NCBI GenBank assembly: GCA_963761305.1
Contig: CAVXGK010000001.1
Location: 96,001 to 160,000, forward strand
Direction of reading: 5' to 3'
Source: an uncultured Gemmatimonadaceae bacterium
GTDB taxonomy: Bacteria; Gemmatimonadota; Gemmatimonadetes; Gemmatimonadales; Gemmatimonadaceae
Length of the DNA: 64,000 nt
Shown: positions 28,231 to 37,477 of the stretch, piece after piece
Numbering within the stretch: the first letter of the stretch is position 1
Layout: every line of letters begins with the position of its first letter
Notes under the pieces: model-generated
What the model saw: the letters and a program-made list of their open reading frames with translations, nothing else
The model's database searches: none
What the model was told of the DNA's origin: nothing
Translations under genes and position numbers: made by a program

Positions 28231-29013
28231 TTACACCCACCCTCTCACCCAATACTCGACCATCGCCAGCTGCTCGTAGAGCCAATCGGCCGTGGCGAGG
28301 AGGCGCGTCGTCGGGGATTCGAAGGTGCGGACGGAGTAGAGTCGCTCTTCCGACGGCACGCAGGTGACTCGGAATCCGACCTTCTCGAACGTGCGACACG
28401 CGCGGCGCGTGTGGAGTGGGCTCGTCACCACGGCGATGCGGCGTTGGTCGAGAGGAATGAGGACTGCCGCGGTCTGGACGGCTTCGTCGTGCGTCGTGTG
28501 CACGGGACCGACGGCGTGCCAGCGCGCTGTGTCGGCGGCGAGATCGATGAGACGGCGATGGTCGACGTCTGGTTCCATGCGCCGGTCAGAGCGCGATACA
28601 CCGTTGCGCGTCGTGACGAGCAGCCGCGCTCCGTTGTCGCGAAACACGGCGAGGCCGGTGAGCAGGCGCTCGACGGCGGCGGGATCGAGCAGGCTGTCGT
28701 CGCTCACGCCTGACGACAGCACGACGACCGCGTCCAGTCGCTCGGCGGGAATCGAGTCGCGGCGAATCCACGAATGCACCGGAACTCGCATGACTGGCGT
28801 GAAGGCGAGGATCGCGACGATCGCGGCGACGACGGTGCACACCCAGGCGATCCTGCGAGGCAGTGCGAATCCACCGAGCAAACCGCCGATCACCACGGCG
28901 AGCGTCGCGGCGAGCGAGGCGCTGCCGATGGGCCGCGGAAAGTTGGTGGCGAGAAACGTCAGCGTGCCGAGAAGGCCGAGGGACGCGCCGATGAGCGCGC
29001 CGATGCGATTCAT
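28231..29013 (-). CDS. YdcF/ElyC family protein (DUF218)
   Basis: 'DAVVVLSSG', 'TTHDEA', 'VVTSPLHTRRA', terminal 'YE.LA...Y..RGW'. Confidence 0.88.
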   Translation of the reverse strand: MNRIGALIGASLGLLGTLTFLATNFPRPIGSASLAATLAVVIGGLLGGFALPRRIAWVCTVVAAIVAILAFTPVMRVPVHSWIRRDSIPAERLDAVVVLSSGVSDDSLLDPAAVERLLTGLAVFRDNGARLLVTTRNGVSRSDRRMEPDVDHRRLIDLAADTARWHAVGPVHTTHDEAVQTAAVLIPLDQRRIAVVTSPLHTRRACRTFEKVGFRVTCVPSEERLYSVRTFESPTTRLLATADWLYEQLAMVEYWVRGWV

Positions 29014-29240
29014 GCGCGCGTGCTTGCGCGCGCCGTGCAGGTAGGTCGGGGTCTTCAGTGGTCGAGCCTCGTGGAAACGTCTCGAATGTGTCCTAGCACG
29101 ACGAGCGAGCGGCGCGAGTGTCCCGGACCAATCGTAGTCCGAGCGCGCGCTCCCGCGCGTCCTAGTGACTTCGGCAGGGCGCGACTATTATTCGAGACGC
29201 GCCGCGATCCGGGGGGAAGTCGAGAAAGGGCGCGGGGTTT

Positions 29241-29331
29241 GGGGAGGTGGCCGAGAGGCTGAAGGCGGCGGTTTGCTAAACCGTTATACGGGCTTAAACC
29301 CGTATCGAGGGTTCGAATCCCTCCCTTCCCG
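29241..29331 (+). tRNA. tRNA-Ser (anticodon GCT)
   Basis: Acceptor GGGGAGG/CCTTCCC, anticodon loop ttGCTaa, long variable arm, GGTTCGAATCC. Confidence 0.97.
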
Positions 29332-29337
29332 TGCACA

Positions 29338-29375
29338 CGACGGCGAGCCCGCAACCGGCGGGCTCTCGTCGTTTT
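29338..29375 (+). terminator. Probable intrinsic terminator after tRNA-Ser(GCT)
   Basis: CGACGGCGAGCCCGC-loop-GCGGGCTCTCGTCG followed by TTTT. Confidence 0.7.
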
Positions 29376-29396
29376 AAGCATCTCGAACGGCACGTC

Positions 29397-30848
29397 ATGG
29401 CACATCGTCTTCGATTCGCTCCGTCGCCGACGGGGTACCTCCACGTCGGCAGCGCCCGCACGGCGCTCTTCAATTGGCTCTACGCCAAGCACTACGGCGG
29501 ACAGTTCCTGCTGCGCGTCGAAGACACTGATCGCGCGCGCAGTACGGACGAGAGCACGCGGGCAATTTTCGAAGGCCTCAATTGGCTCGGATTGAAGTGG
29601 GACGAAGAGGTCGTGTACCAGGGCGCGAACCTCGCTCGGCATCAAGCGGACACGGCGCGCCTCATCGAGGCGGGCAACGCGTACCGCTGCTTTTGCACGC
29701 CCGCCGAGCTCGACGAGATGCGGAAAGCCGCCGAGTCGCGCGGTGACGCGTTTCGGTATGACGGACGCTGCGCGCGCTTGTCGAACGACGAGGTGGCGCG
29801 TCGCGTGGCCGCCGGAATGCCGTTCGCGATTCGCTTTCGCATGCCGGAGGGCGTGACGTCGTGGACGGATCTTGTCCACGGGAAGATCACGTTCGCCAAC
29901 AAGGACATCGGCGAGGGCGACTTCATCATCCTTCGCTCCGACGCGACACCAATCTACAACCTGGCCGTCGTGTCGGACGACATCGCGATGGGGATCACGC
30001 TCGTGATGCGCGGCGACGATCACATCTCGAACACGCCGAAGCAGATCCTGCTCTACCAGGCGCTCGGCGCGTCGCTGCCCGAGTTCGCGCACCTGCCGAT
30101 GATCCACGGCCTGGACGGCAAGAAGCTGAGCAAGCGGCACGGCGCGACCGCCGTGGCCGACTATCAACACATGGGAATTCTGCCCGACGCGATGCTCAAC
30201 TTCCTCGCGCTGCTCGGCTGGTCGCCGGGCGGCGACGTCGAGGTGATGACCGTGCAGCAGATGATCCAGGCGTTCTCGGTCGAGGGATTGTCGAAGAACG
30301 CCGCTGTGTTCGATACGAAGAAGCTCGAGTGGATGAACGGCCAGCATCTGAGCATGATCGCCGCCGCGGATCTGGCGCCGGTGGTGGGTCGCGCGATCGT
30401 CGCCGCGGGACTCGCCGGCGACGGCGACTTGGCCGAGCGAGAGGCGTGGTTCCTCGGTCTCATCGATCTGCTCAAGGTGCGCGCGCGCACGGTCGACGAC
30501 ATGGTGCGTCAGGCCGCGCCGTACTTGCTGGACGACATCACCTACGACGAAGACGCGGTCGCGAAGACGTGGAAGGACGCCACGGGAACGCACGACGTCC
30601 TCGCCGCGACGCGCAAGGCGCTCGCCGACGCGCCGGCGTGGGACGCGGTCGCGTTGGAAGGAGAGCTGCGCGCGCTGGCGGACTCGCGCGGCATCGGCGC
30701 GGGGAAGCTGTTTCAGCCGCTGCGCGTGGCCCTCACGGGCGTGACGGCGAGCCCGGGCATCTTCGACGTGCTTGTGTTGTTGGGGCGCGATCGCTCGCTG
30801 GCGCGGCTCGACGCGGCGATGGCGTGGCTGTCGGCCGGCGCGCGCTGA
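29397..30848 (+). CDS. gltX: Glutamate--tRNA ligase
   Basis: RFAPSPTGYLHVG, RGDDHISNTPKQ, KLSKRHG. Confidence 0.98.
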   Translation: MAHRLRFAPSPTGYLHVGSARTALFNWLYAKHYGGQFLLRVEDTDRARSTDESTRAIFEGLNWLGLKWDEEVVYQGANLARHQADTARLIEAGNAYRCFCTPAELDEMRKAAESRGDAFRYDGRCARLSNDEVARRVAAGMPFAIRFRMPEGVTSWTDLVHGKITFANKDIGEGDFIILRSDATPIYNLAVVSDDIAMGITLVMRGDDHISNTPKQILLYQALGASLPEFAHLPMIHGLDGKKLSKRHGATAVADYQHMGILPDAMLNFLALLGWSPGGDVEVMTVQQMIQAFSVEGLSKNAAVFDTKKLEWMNGQHLSMIAAADLAPVVGRAIVAAGLAGDGDLAEREAWFLGLIDLLKVRARTVDDMVRQAAPYLLDDITYDEDAVAKTWKDATGTHDVLAATRKALADAPAWDAVALEGELRALADSRGIGAGKLFQPLRVALTGVTASPGIFDVLVLLGRDRSLARLDAAMAWLSAGAR

Positions 30849-30863
30849 GCGCGCCGGCTCACG

Positions 30864-31784
30864 TCACGGAATGATCGGCGACTGCGCCTTCGTCTTGTCC
30901 TTGTCGGCGTCGGTGTGCTCGCGATCCATGCGCTCGCGAATGCGCTTCACGGCGGACCGGAAGTCGTCTTCGCTCATCCCCTGCGAGTGCGAGTAGATGT
31001 CGTTCTGAATCCAGTCGGCGTTGCGCGCTTCGGTGATACGCGAACCTTCCACGCCGCCGCGGTTGAGCGGTAGCGCGGCGAGAATCGCCGACGGAATCTT
31101 GAACTTGCCCAGGTAGATGTACTGCGAATCGAGACCGTACTTCTGGCCGTCGTGCGACATCGTCCAGTCGCGCGGACTGCGGCCGCGGTGCTCCGCCGCC
31201 TCGATCTCCGCCTCGCGGTAGGCGAGGTAGATGGCCTTCACGGCGCTGTCGTTCTTCTGCGCCATCGAGAGCGGCAGTCGCAGGGTGCTGGGACGTAGAT
31301 CGATGCGCGGGTCGGGGAGCGCCGGCTCGACGCCCGTGGCGAAGCCCGTCGGAGCGCCGCCCGTGCCGCCGGGTGTTCCTGAAATCGCGCCTGGACTCAC
31401 CGACGGCGGCGGAAGCGGCGGCAGCGCGGTCGGAATCATCGACGGCGGCAGCAGCGGCGCGGGATTCAACTTCTGCTTCGGCTTCACGCGCGTGTCCGAC
31501 CCGTTGCCCACGCGCTGGCTCGCGGCGGCGGCCGGCGCGACGCGCACGTACTGAATGCGCTCGCGCGGCATCGTGTCGCGATCCGTGTTGAACAGCGACA
31601 AGAACGGATAGCGGAACGTGATCGACGCGATGGCGAAGATCACGAAGACGTGAATGCCCAGCGAGAGGACGATGGACCGTTTGTCTCTCTTGGGCGGCGC
31701 GATGATCGCGAGCCGCTCGTGCTGGCGCGTCGACGCCTTCACCGGCGCCACTGCCTTCGTCGGCTCTTGATCGACGCGCTTCAT
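30864..31784 (-). CDS. Hypothetical membrane-anchored Pro-rich protein
   Basis: TM with SxxxH motif, Pro-rich linker; overlaps the upstream stop codon. Confidence 0.75.
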   Translation of the reverse strand: MKRVDQEPTKAVAPVKASTRQHERLAIIAPPKRDKRSIVLSLGIHVFVIFAIASITFRYPFLSLFNTDRDTMPRERIQYVRVAPAAAASQRVGNGSDTRVKPKQKLNPAPLLPPSMIPTALPPLPPPSVSPGAISGTPGGTGGAPTGFATGVEPALPDPRIDLRPSTLRLPLSMAQKNDSAVKAIYLAYREAEIEAAEHRGRSPRDWTMSHDGQKYGLDSQYIYLGKFKIPSAILAALPLNRGGVEGSRITEARNADWIQNDIYSHSQGMSEDDFRSAVKRIRERMDREHTDADKDKTKAQSPIIP

Positions 31785-32971
31785 GCGACCTCCGCGGTCA
31801 TCGATGCCAGTACTTTGCCCGCGCGTCGCGCCGCCTCGGCGATTCGCTCAGGCGACGTCACGAACGAGATGCGGAAGAACCCTTCCCCACCAGCACCGAA
31901 CGCCGAGCCAGGCATGACGACCACTCCTTCCTCCTCCAAGAGACGATCGGCGAAGAGCGCGCTCGGCACTTCGCCCGGGAGGGGGATCCATAAATACATA
32001 GTCGCGCGCGGCGAATGGCAAGCAAAACCGGCATTTCGGAAGGCAGCCACCGCCGCGTCCCGGCGTCCCTTGAAGGCGGCAACGTTTGCCGGCACAAAGG
32101 TTTCATAGCTTTCCAGCGCCGCCACCCCCGCCGCCTGCACCGCCATGAATTGGCCAGTGTCGGTGAAGGACTTGATCCGCGTCAGGGACGAGGCGATCTC
32201 GGCGCGCGCGACCGCCCAGCCGCAGCGCCAGCCCGTCATGTTGTACGTCTTGGACAGCGAGTGGAACTCGATGGCCACGTCGCGCGCCCCCTCGATCTCG
32301 AAGATGCTCGGCGGCACGTAGCCGTCGAACGCGAGCTCGGAGTACGCGTTGTCGTAGACGAGCAGAATGCCGAATTCGCGGCACCGCTCGACGACGCGCG
32401 TCAGGTAGTCCTTGGGCGCGATCGCCGCGGTCGGGTTGTTCGGATAATTCAAATAGAGAATGCTCGCTCGGCGCAGCGTGTCGTGCGGAATCTCGTCCAG
32501 ATCGACGAGAAAGTTCGTGCGCGGCCGGAGCGCGTAGCGATATACCTCGCCGCCGGCCAAGAGCGCGCCGCCCTGGTAGGCGTTGTAGCCGGGTTCGGGC
32601 ACGATCGCGACCCGTCCCGGCTCGACGTACGCCAACGCGAGGTGAGCGATGCCTTCCTTCGAACCGATGAGCGGCACGATCTCGTTGAACGCGTCGAACT
32701 CGGCGTCGAACCGCTTTCGCATCCAGGCGGCGATCGTCTCGCGAAACGACACCAGACCGAGGCCGAAGCCGTAGCGGTGCATCGCCGGCTGGTGGGCCGC
32801 CTTGGTGATCGCCTCGATGGCCTTGGGCGGCGGCGCGAGGTCCGCGTCGCCGGCACCCAGATCGATCACGTCGACGCCCCGCGCGGCGAGCTCCCGCTTC
32901 TTCTGCGGGATCGTCGCCAGCGGATACTCGGGCAGCGTGTCGAAACGGGCAGCCAATCGCGGCAAGAGCAC
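31781..32971 (-). CDS. PLP-dependent class I/II aminotransferase (LL-diaminopimelate aminotransferase-like)
   Basis: 'LIGSKEGIAH', 'LNYPNNPT', 'DNAYSE', 'SLSKTYNMTGWR'. Confidence 0.92.
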   Translation of the reverse strand: MLLPRLAARFDTLPEYPLATIPQKKRELAARGVDVIDLGAGDADLAPPPKAIEAITKAAHQPAMHRYGFGLGLVSFRETIAAWMRKRFDAEFDAFNEIVPLIGSKEGIAHLALAYVEPGRVAIVPEPGYNAYQGGALLAGGEVYRYALRPRTNFLVDLDEIPHDTLRRASILYLNYPNNPTAAIAPKDYLTRVVERCREFGILLVYDNAYSELAFDGYVPPSIFEIEGARDVAIEFHSLSKTYNMTGWRCGWAVARAEIASSLTRIKSFTDTGQFMAVQAAGVAALESYETFVPANVAAFKGRRDAAVAAFRNAGFACHSPRATMYLWIPLPGEVPSALFADRLLEEEGVVVMPGSAFGAGGEGFFRISFVTSPERIAEAARRAGKVLASMTAEVA

Positions 32972-33606
32972 TAAGCGTCCACCTTTACAGGGTTCGTCAC
33001 ACGAGAGAGCCCGACGATCTCTACTTCTACCTCGTCCCCCGGCGAGAGTTTCCCCACTCCGGCGGGTGTGCCCGTCAGGACCAAGTCGCCGGGCTCGAGC
33101 GTCATCACCTGAGAGACGTAGGCGAGCACGTCGGGAATCGGGAATACCATGTCCGATGCGTTCGCTCGTTGACGCTCCACGCCGTTCACCCGCGTAACGA
33201 CCGTCAGGCTGGACAAATCGGCAGGCGGGGGAACGAGTTCGCCGGTCGGGCAGAACGTATCGAAACCCTTGGCACGGGTCCATTGCGAGTCCGAGCGTTG
33301 CAGATCGCGAGCCGTAACGTCATTGACGGCAACGATACCGGCAATCGCGCCACGCGCCTCTGTGCTGGTTACACGCCGCAGCGTGCGGCCGATGGTGACG
33401 CCGATCTCTCCCTCGAACTCCACCTGCGCCGATTGCGGCGGCAGCACGATCGCGTCACCGCTCCCGATGACACTGCTCGGCGGCTTGAGAAAAATTAGCG
33501 GCTCTTTGGGAACGTCGTTCCCGAGCTCCTTCGCGTGATCGACGTAGTTGCGCCCGACGCAGACGATCTTGCCGGGACGGTCGGCGCGTGAGGTTGGTGC
33601 GGTCAT
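32971..33606 (-). CDS. Fumarylacetoacetate hydrolase family protein
   Basis: 'KIVCVGRNY..HAKE', 'NDVTARDLQ', 'AKGFDTF', 'LTGTPAGVG'. Confidence 0.95.
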   Translation of the reverse strand: MTAPTSRADRPGKIVCVGRNYVDHAKELGNDVPKEPLIFLKPPSSVIGSGDAIVLPPQSAQVEFEGEIGVTIGRTLRRVTSTEARGAIAGIVAVNDVTARDLQRSDSQWTRAKGFDTFCPTGELVPPPADLSSLTVVTRVNGVERQRANASDMVFPIPDVLAYVSQVMTLEPGDLVLTGTPAGVGKLSPGDEVEVEIVGLSRVTNPVKVDA

Positions 33607-33607
33607 G

Positions 33608-36193
33608 TCAGGTTGAACGGAATGGGGCGTTGGCGGCGCGAGCGCCGCGTGAAGTGACGGCGCGACTCGTCGCGCGCGTGGGAGGCGGACTTGAATAGAA
33701 CCGCCGAATGGCCGGCAGCAACTCCGCCCACGAGCCGACCAGGCGCTCCGCGGGCGGCAAACCCTCGATCAACGCGCGACCGTACCCCTTGGTGACGACG
33801 CGCGGATCAGCGATGACGACGACGCCGCGATCCGTGCCGCTCCGAATCAGACGGCCGAATCCCTGTTTGAGACGCAGCGCGGCGTGCGGCAGCATGTACT
33901 CGACGAACGGATCGCCGCCGCGCTCAGAAATCGCCTCGCAATTCGCCGCGGTGATCGGCTCGGTGGGCACGCGGAAAGGCAGCTTGGCGATGAGCAGCGC
34001 GCGCAGCGCGTCGCCCGGAACGTCCACGCCTTCCCAGAACGACGACGTGCCGAGGAGAATCGCGCCACCGGAATCGCGAAATCGTCCGAGCAGCGAGTCG
34101 CGCGTGTCGTCGCCGTGAACCAGCACAGGCCAGCGTTTCTCTGCACCCCGAACGCGCAACTCGGACGCCATGGCGCGCACGTCACGATGGCTCGTGAACA
34201 GCACGAACATGCCGCCGTCGCTCGCGTCGGCGAGATCGTGCGTGATGCGGGCCACCGACGAGAAGTGGCCGGGCGCGTTCACGTTCGGCGGCGGCACGTC
34301 GCGCGCGATGGCGAGGATGGCCTGATCGCGATACTTGAACGGCGACGGATAGATGCCCGTGCGAGGCTCGAGCTCCGGATCGTCGAGACCGAGTCGCGAC
34401 GTGAGGAAGTCGAAGCGCCCGTCGGTGGCGAGCGTCGCGCTGGTGACGACGGTCGTCGTCGCGCGACGGAAGAGATCTTCGCGCAGGATCGGCGCGAGGT
34501 TGAGCGGCACGGTCGACACGCTCGCGGCGCGATCGCGTCCGCGCGATTCGATCCAGCGAATCGACGGATCGTCGTCCACCGGCGGATCCAGCGCGCGACG
34601 CAGCCCGTCGCCACCGGACTGCAGCCGGCGCGTGACGGCGCGAATCTCGTTGATGAGCGTCATCACGGTTTCGTCCGGCCGCTGCGCGCTCTCGAGGCGC
34701 TCGCGCACCAGGTCGAGCCCGTCGGCTAGCACGTTGATCTGGCCGACCGTGTCCTCGAGCGCGACGCGCAGGCCCGAGCGCCACACCGGATGCTCGCCGA
34801 AGTCAGTGGTCAAGCGCAGCACAGACTCGCCGCTCGAGGCAAGAAACGTCTCGAGGAGATCGAACAGCGTTCCGCTCTTGTCGCGCACCGACTCGAGCGC
34901 GGGCCTGAGGCGCGTCAGCACCAGATCGAAGCTCGCCGTGCTCAGCAGGTCGTTGGATTTGGCGAGGCGCGCCATGAGCGCGGCGAGCAATCCCTTGCCG
35001 CGGCGGTCGAGCCGGCCGAAGAGTCGCTGCAACGAGCGCCGCGACACCGTGGCGCCGAGGTGATTCGCGGCCGCCTCCTCGAGGTGATGCCCTTCGTCGA
35101 TCACCAGGCGGTTGTAGGCCGGCAGTACCGCCGACTCGCCCCAGTTGCCCGACACGCGCCGAACCGCGAGATCCGACAACAGCAGGTGATGATTCACCAC
35201 GATCACGTCGGCCTGCGCGGCTTCGCGGCGCGCCTTGAACAGAAAGCACTTCTCGTACGCCGGGCATCGCGCGCGCTGGCAGAGATCCGGCTCGGCCGCT
35301 ACCTCGTCCCACACCTCGGAGCGCGGCGAGATGGTGAGATCGCTCAACGATCCGTCGCGGGTGCGCTCGGACCATTCGCGGATTGTCTCGAGCTCCTGAC
35401 CGAGTCCTTCGTCGAACAGCGAATTGCCGGACGCGCGGGCTTGGTCGAGGCGAACCAGGCAGAGGTAGTTGCGCCAGCCTTTGAGCAGCGCGAACCGCAC
35501 CTTCTGGTCGCTCAGCGCGCGCTCGAGAAACGGCAGATCCTTGCCGACCAACTGCTCCTGCAAGTTGATCGTGTTCGTCGAAACGACCGTGCGCTCGCCG
35601 TTGGCCGCCGCCCATCGCAACGCCGGCACGAGGTAGCCGAGCGATTTGCCGACGCCGGTGCCGGCTTCGAGCAGTCCGACGCCGCCGTCGTTGTACAGCT
35701 TGGCGATTTCCGCCGCCATCGCGCGCTGGCTCGGCCGGTCTTCGTAACGCGGCAGCTCGCCGGCGATGGGGCCGCCCGGCCCCAAGTCGTCGTCCACCGA
35801 CGCCGAGGTCAGCGGGTGCAGCTCGGCGGCCCGCGGCACTTCGACGACGACGTACAGCTCCGACGCGTCGTTGTCGGTGATCGCGAAGCCGATGCCGTCG
35901 TCGTGCATCCGCGCGGCGACGTCGAGGTCGGGACGCGATGGGTCGAGATTTCCCGACGGATGGTTGTGGATCAACATCTGTCCGCGCTGCGCGAAGCCCG
36001 GCAGTGCTAGCACGCAGCTGGAATCGCCGCGTGCGACAGTCTTCACCGTGTTGACAATGCCGACGTCGTCCAGCGTTCCGACGAAGCACACTTCGCGTCC
36101 GCCGGCCAGCCGAATCGCCGCGCGAATGGCAACGGCCGCGGTCGGGCTGAGTCGAGTCGCCGGATCCGCGGCCGTGTGGGCGGGGGGGGGCAT
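33608..36193 (-). CDS. DinG/YoaA-family helicase with N-terminal JAB/RadC-like domain
   Basis: EAGTGVGKS, DEGHH, FWEGVDVPG, LKQGFGRLIR, Fe-S-type Cys; N-terminal GGREV and HNHPSG...S..D. Confidence 0.92.
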   Translation of the reverse strand: MPPPAHTAADPATRLSPTAAVAIRAAIRLAGGREVCFVGTLDDVGIVNTVKTVARGDSSCVLALPGFAQRGQMLIHNHPSGNLDPSRPDLDVAARMHDDGIGFAITDNDASELYVVVEVPRAAELHPLTSASVDDDLGPGGPIAGELPRYEDRPSQRAMAAEIAKLYNDGGVGLLEAGTGVGKSLGYLVPALRWAAANGERTVVSTNTINLQEQLVGKDLPFLERALSDQKVRFALLKGWRNYLCLVRLDQARASGNSLFDEGLGQELETIREWSERTRDGSLSDLTISPRSEVWDEVAAEPDLCQRARCPAYEKCFLFKARREAAQADVIVVNHHLLLSDLAVRRVSGNWGESAVLPAYNRLVIDEGHHLEEAAANHLGATVSRRSLQRLFGRLDRRGKGLLAALMARLAKSNDLLSTASFDLVLTRLRPALESVRDKSGTLFDLLETFLASSGESVLRLTTDFGEHPVWRSGLRVALEDTVGQINVLADGLDLVRERLESAQRPDETVMTLINEIRAVTRRLQSGGDGLRRALDPPVDDDPSIRWIESRGRDRAASVSTVPLNLAPILREDLFRRATTTVVTSATLATDGRFDFLTSRLGLDDPELEPRTGIYPSPFKYRDQAILAIARDVPPPNVNAPGHFSSVARITHDLADASDGGMFVLFTSHRDVRAMASELRVRGAEKRWPVLVHGDDTRDSLLGRFRDSGGAILLGTSSFWEGVDVPGDALRALLIAKLPFRVPTEPITAANCEAISERGGDPFVEYMLPHAALRLKQGFGRLIRSGTDRGVVVIADPRVVTKGYGRALIEGLPPAERLVGSWAELLPAIRRFYSSPPPTRATSRAVTSRGARAANAPFRST

Positions 36194-36208
36194 GGCCCGA
36201 AATGTAGC

Positions 36209-37477
36209 CTACGTCTTGAGCGGCTTCTTCTTGGCGGCCGGAAACAAAACGTTGTTCAGAATGAGCCGGTAGCCCGGGGAATTCTTGTGCAACGACAAGT
36301 CGGTCGGGGAATCGCCAATCGCGTGGCTGGGCGCTTCCGGATCGTGGCCGCCGTAGTAGGTCCAGGTCCCCTTGCCGTAGTCGCCGTGGATGTACTTCAC
36401 CCAGGGTGCGCCTTCTTCGTCGGCCAGGATCGTGACGCCGGGCTTGAGGACGGATTTGTTGAAACTCGTGGTTACGCCAAAGAAGTCGTTGATCACGCCC
36501 CGGTGGTCCTGCACGAGCATCGAGTTCACCGGGTCGATCTTCGCCGAGAAGTTGAACAGGGTGAAGGTGCCGATGGGCTGGCGCCGGCCGGGCACGTTGA
36601 CCTGGTGCCCGTCAATGTCGCTCATCGAGTTCACGAACGGCGACATCTCGAGGTGCGCGTCCTTGAACGCGAACGTGCGTTTCCAGTCCATCTTCTTGTC
36701 GGCGTCCGGGTCCATCGGCGTGCCGTCGATGAACGCCTGCGCGATGTCGACGTGCTGTGAGGCAAGGGCCAGCTCGAGCGTCTCTGTCGCGCCGCACATC
36801 GCGAACAGGAATCCGCCGCGATCCACGAACTCGCGGATATGCTCGGCGACGTCCTTCTTGAGCGCCGGAATGTTCGCGAACCCGAGGCGTTTGGCGGCCG
36901 CGGTGTTCTTCTGCATCAGATCGATGAACCACGGAAAGTCGCGGTACGTGAGGTAGAACTTGTTGAGCTGGCCCGTGAAATCCTCGTGGTGCAGGTGCAG
37001 CCAGTCGTACTTCGTCAGGTCGCCGCGCTCGACTTCGTCGTCGTAGATCGGCGTGTAGTCGATGCCGGCGTACTTGAGGGCGAGCGTGACCGCGTCGTCC
37101 CACGGCGTCGCGTCGGGCGGCGTGTAGACGGCGATCTTGGGCGCTTTCTCGAGCGGCACCGATTCCATGTTTGCCGACGCGATCTGCGAGCGGATCTGCC
37201 CGAGCTTGGCGTCGTCGATCGATTCGATGGTGATGCCGGCGAGTCCCGCCTGCCGCCTGAGCTCGGGCGTGTCGCCAAGAAGAAACGACCCACCGCGATA
37301 GTTGAGCAGCCACTCCGCGCTCACGCCGGCTTTGATGGCGTTGTACGTGAGGCCGTATGCCTTGAGATGGTCCTGTTGTGCGTCGTCCATCGGCACGAGC
37401 AGTCGCTGCGCGGCCGCCGCCGACAGCGCGGCGAACGTGAGCGCCGTGACGAACGCGAGGTGTTTCAAAACTCTCAT
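36209..37477 (-). CDS. Conserved secreted protein, class I glutamine-amidotransferase-like fold
   Basis: Signal peptide; 'WLHLHHEDFTGQ', 'GGFLFAMC', 'GGHDPE'. Confidence 0.75.
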   Translation of the reverse strand: MRVLKHLAFVTALTFAALSAAAAQRLLVPMDDAQQDHLKAYGLTYNAIKAGVSAEWLLNYRGGSFLLGDTPELRRQAGLAGITIESIDDAKLGQIRSQIASANMESVPLEKAPKIAVYTPPDATPWDDAVTLALKYAGIDYTPIYDDEVERGDLTKYDWLHLHHEDFTGQLNKFYLTYRDFPWFIDLMQKNTAAAKRLGFANIPALKKDVAEHIREFVDRGGFLFAMCGATETLELALASQHVDIAQAFIDGTPMDPDADKKMDWKRTFAFKDAHLEMSPFVNSMSDIDGHQVNVPGRRQPIGTFTLFNFSAKIDPVNSMLVQDHRGVINDFFGVTTSFNKSVLKPGVTILADEEGAPWVKYIHGDYGKGTWTYYGGHDPEAPSHAIGDSPTDLSLHKNSPGYRLILNNVLFPAAKKKPLKT

